Assembly (NCBI GenBank): GCA_022508345.1
Contig: JAFLVK010000001.1
Location: 164,371 to 228,370 of the forward strand
DNA: 64,000 bases
Direction: 5' to 3'
Origin: Clostridiales bacterium
Lineage (GTDB): Bacteria > Bacillota > Clostridia > Christensenellales > CAG-314
Shown: positions 63,293 through 64,000 of the stretch, one piece after another
Layout: each line of letters begins with the position of its first letter
Position numbering within the stretch: the first letter of the stretch is position 1
Made by a program: the position numbers and the translations under genes
The notes under the pieces: generated by a model
The model's database searches: none
What the model saw: only the letters and a program-made list of their open reading frames with translations
Told to the model about the DNA's origin: nothing

Positions 63293-64000
63293 TTAATCGT
63301 TTTCGTCTTCAACGCCGAGCCGATATTTGATATCGTAGTTGATAATATAATCCAATTCTTCCTGTGTAAAGCCATATGCTGTCGCCAAGTTTATATCAAT
63401 TAAATCCATAGTGTTTTTACTGAGCGCCTTATTGTATGTAATAGTCTCGTTTGCACCACGTGTGACACTGTTTATAGTGTAGTGTTTTGCATTAGAAAGC
63501 AACTCGCTTTCCATGGTATTTGATAATTCTACAATAGAGGCTACATCAATGGAATAATAGTTCATTCTAAAACCAAATAGCATGTAGTCTTTAAAATTGA
63601 AGTGATCATAATTTACACAGTAATACCACCAGAAAATGTTAGAGTTCAGCGCAGCACTTATTACTCTTGAATCACATTTAACTTCAAAACTTTTTGACTT
63701 GTTACTCAAAGACTCTGTTTGAAAAGGAGAATTGAGAATAGTTATCCAATATCCACCACCTGCTGTTCTATAATAAACGGCATTTTCAACATTGTGTTTA
63801 TCTAGATAGAGGTTAATAGGTCTGTGCCTATATAATTTATCTTCGATAGCCAACTCGATTTTATTGCCTAGTTTTAAGAAGTGGTCAACTTTTGCTTGAT
63901 TCGATTTAATATATGCTACTCCCTCAAATAAAAAACGACGTGTATGAGAATACCATCTTTTTACACCCGATGTATAAAAAGCGCGTTGATAACCATGTAT
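63293..64000 (-). CDS. C-terminal (TaqI_C-like specificity) part of an N6-adenine DNA methyltransferase or type IIG restriction-modification enzyme; 5' end beyond the window
   Basis: My translation shows the frame is open from 64000 (IHGYQRAFYTSGVKRWY...) through the ORF-track segment. IFWWYYCVNYDHFNFKDY and the tail LATAYGFTQEELDYIINYDIKYR are typical of the TaqI-class C-terminal target-recognition domain. The catalytic part is not visible. Confidence 0.6.
   Translation of the reverse strand: MHGYQRAFYTSGVKRWYSHTRRFLFEGVAYIKSNQAKVDHFLKLGNKIELAIEDKLYRHRPINLYLDKHNVENAVYYRTAGGGYWITILNSPFQTESLSNKSKSFEVKCDSRVISAALNSNIFWWYYCVNYDHFNFKDYMLFGFRMNYYSIDVASIVELSNTMESELLSNAKHYTINSVTRGANETITYNKALSKNTMDLIDINLATAYGFTQEELDYIINYDIKYRLGVEDEND

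Noticed and set aside
47403-64000. Calling the island a prophage, ICE or transposon
   Set aside because: No integrase, transposase, or structural or conjugation genes are visible in the window. Only the direct repeats hint at mobility, so no mobile_element feature is claimed.

Overview
The window has two parts, read by eye with no searches or computed statistics.

**1-47.4 kb: core chromosome.** It looks like an anaerobic Bacillota/Clostridia-type genome (inference) with moderate GC.
- Housekeeping genes: a P-type ATPase (partial), MATE efflux, thyA and folA, glmM, trxB, rplM-rpsI, type III glutamine synthetase, a short alaS, glnS and dnaB.
- Other genes: VanW, a PHP phosphoesterase, and a sugar-utilisation locus (pgmB, esterase, GH3, CUT2-type ABC transporter, AraC-GH39 fusion).
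- Interspersed: several large BspA-type LRR / Ig-repeat surface lipoproteins, zinc-ribbon proteins and membrane-tethered XRE regulators.

**47.4 kb to the window end: AT-rich accessory island.** It starts right after the AraC-GH39 terminator, and every gene is on the minus strand. It holds three terminator-delimited modules of nucleic-acid enzymes:
- **Module 1 (47.8-52.5 kb):** an RNase III-like protein with two dsRBDs, a small basic protein, a DUF2971-like protein and a 631-aa PD-(D/E)xK protein.
- **Module 2 (53.3-60.6 kb):** an SF2 helicase-nuclease, a 600-aa protein with a PIWI-like C-terminus, a REase-tailed protein and a membrane protein. This resembles DdmDE / pPIWI-RE but is expanded.
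- **Module 3 (60.8-64.0 kb, truncated by the window):** a methyltransferase specificity region, a DprA/SLOG-like protein, a TcmP-like protein split at an A9 tract, and a radical-SAM-like protein with an atypical CX3CX3C motif.

Modules 1 and 2 are each followed by a copy of the same ~275-bp direct repeat.

**Other points worth a second look:**
- A consensus promoter drives a ~400-nt ornately structured leader or ncRNA upstream of rplM.
- An orphan 1203-aa protein with a nuclease tail sits among core genes.
- alaS lacks the C-Ala domain.
- An identical 24-nt sequence spans the stop codons of glmM and alaS.

No rRNA, tRNA, CRISPR array, integrase or transposase was recognised.
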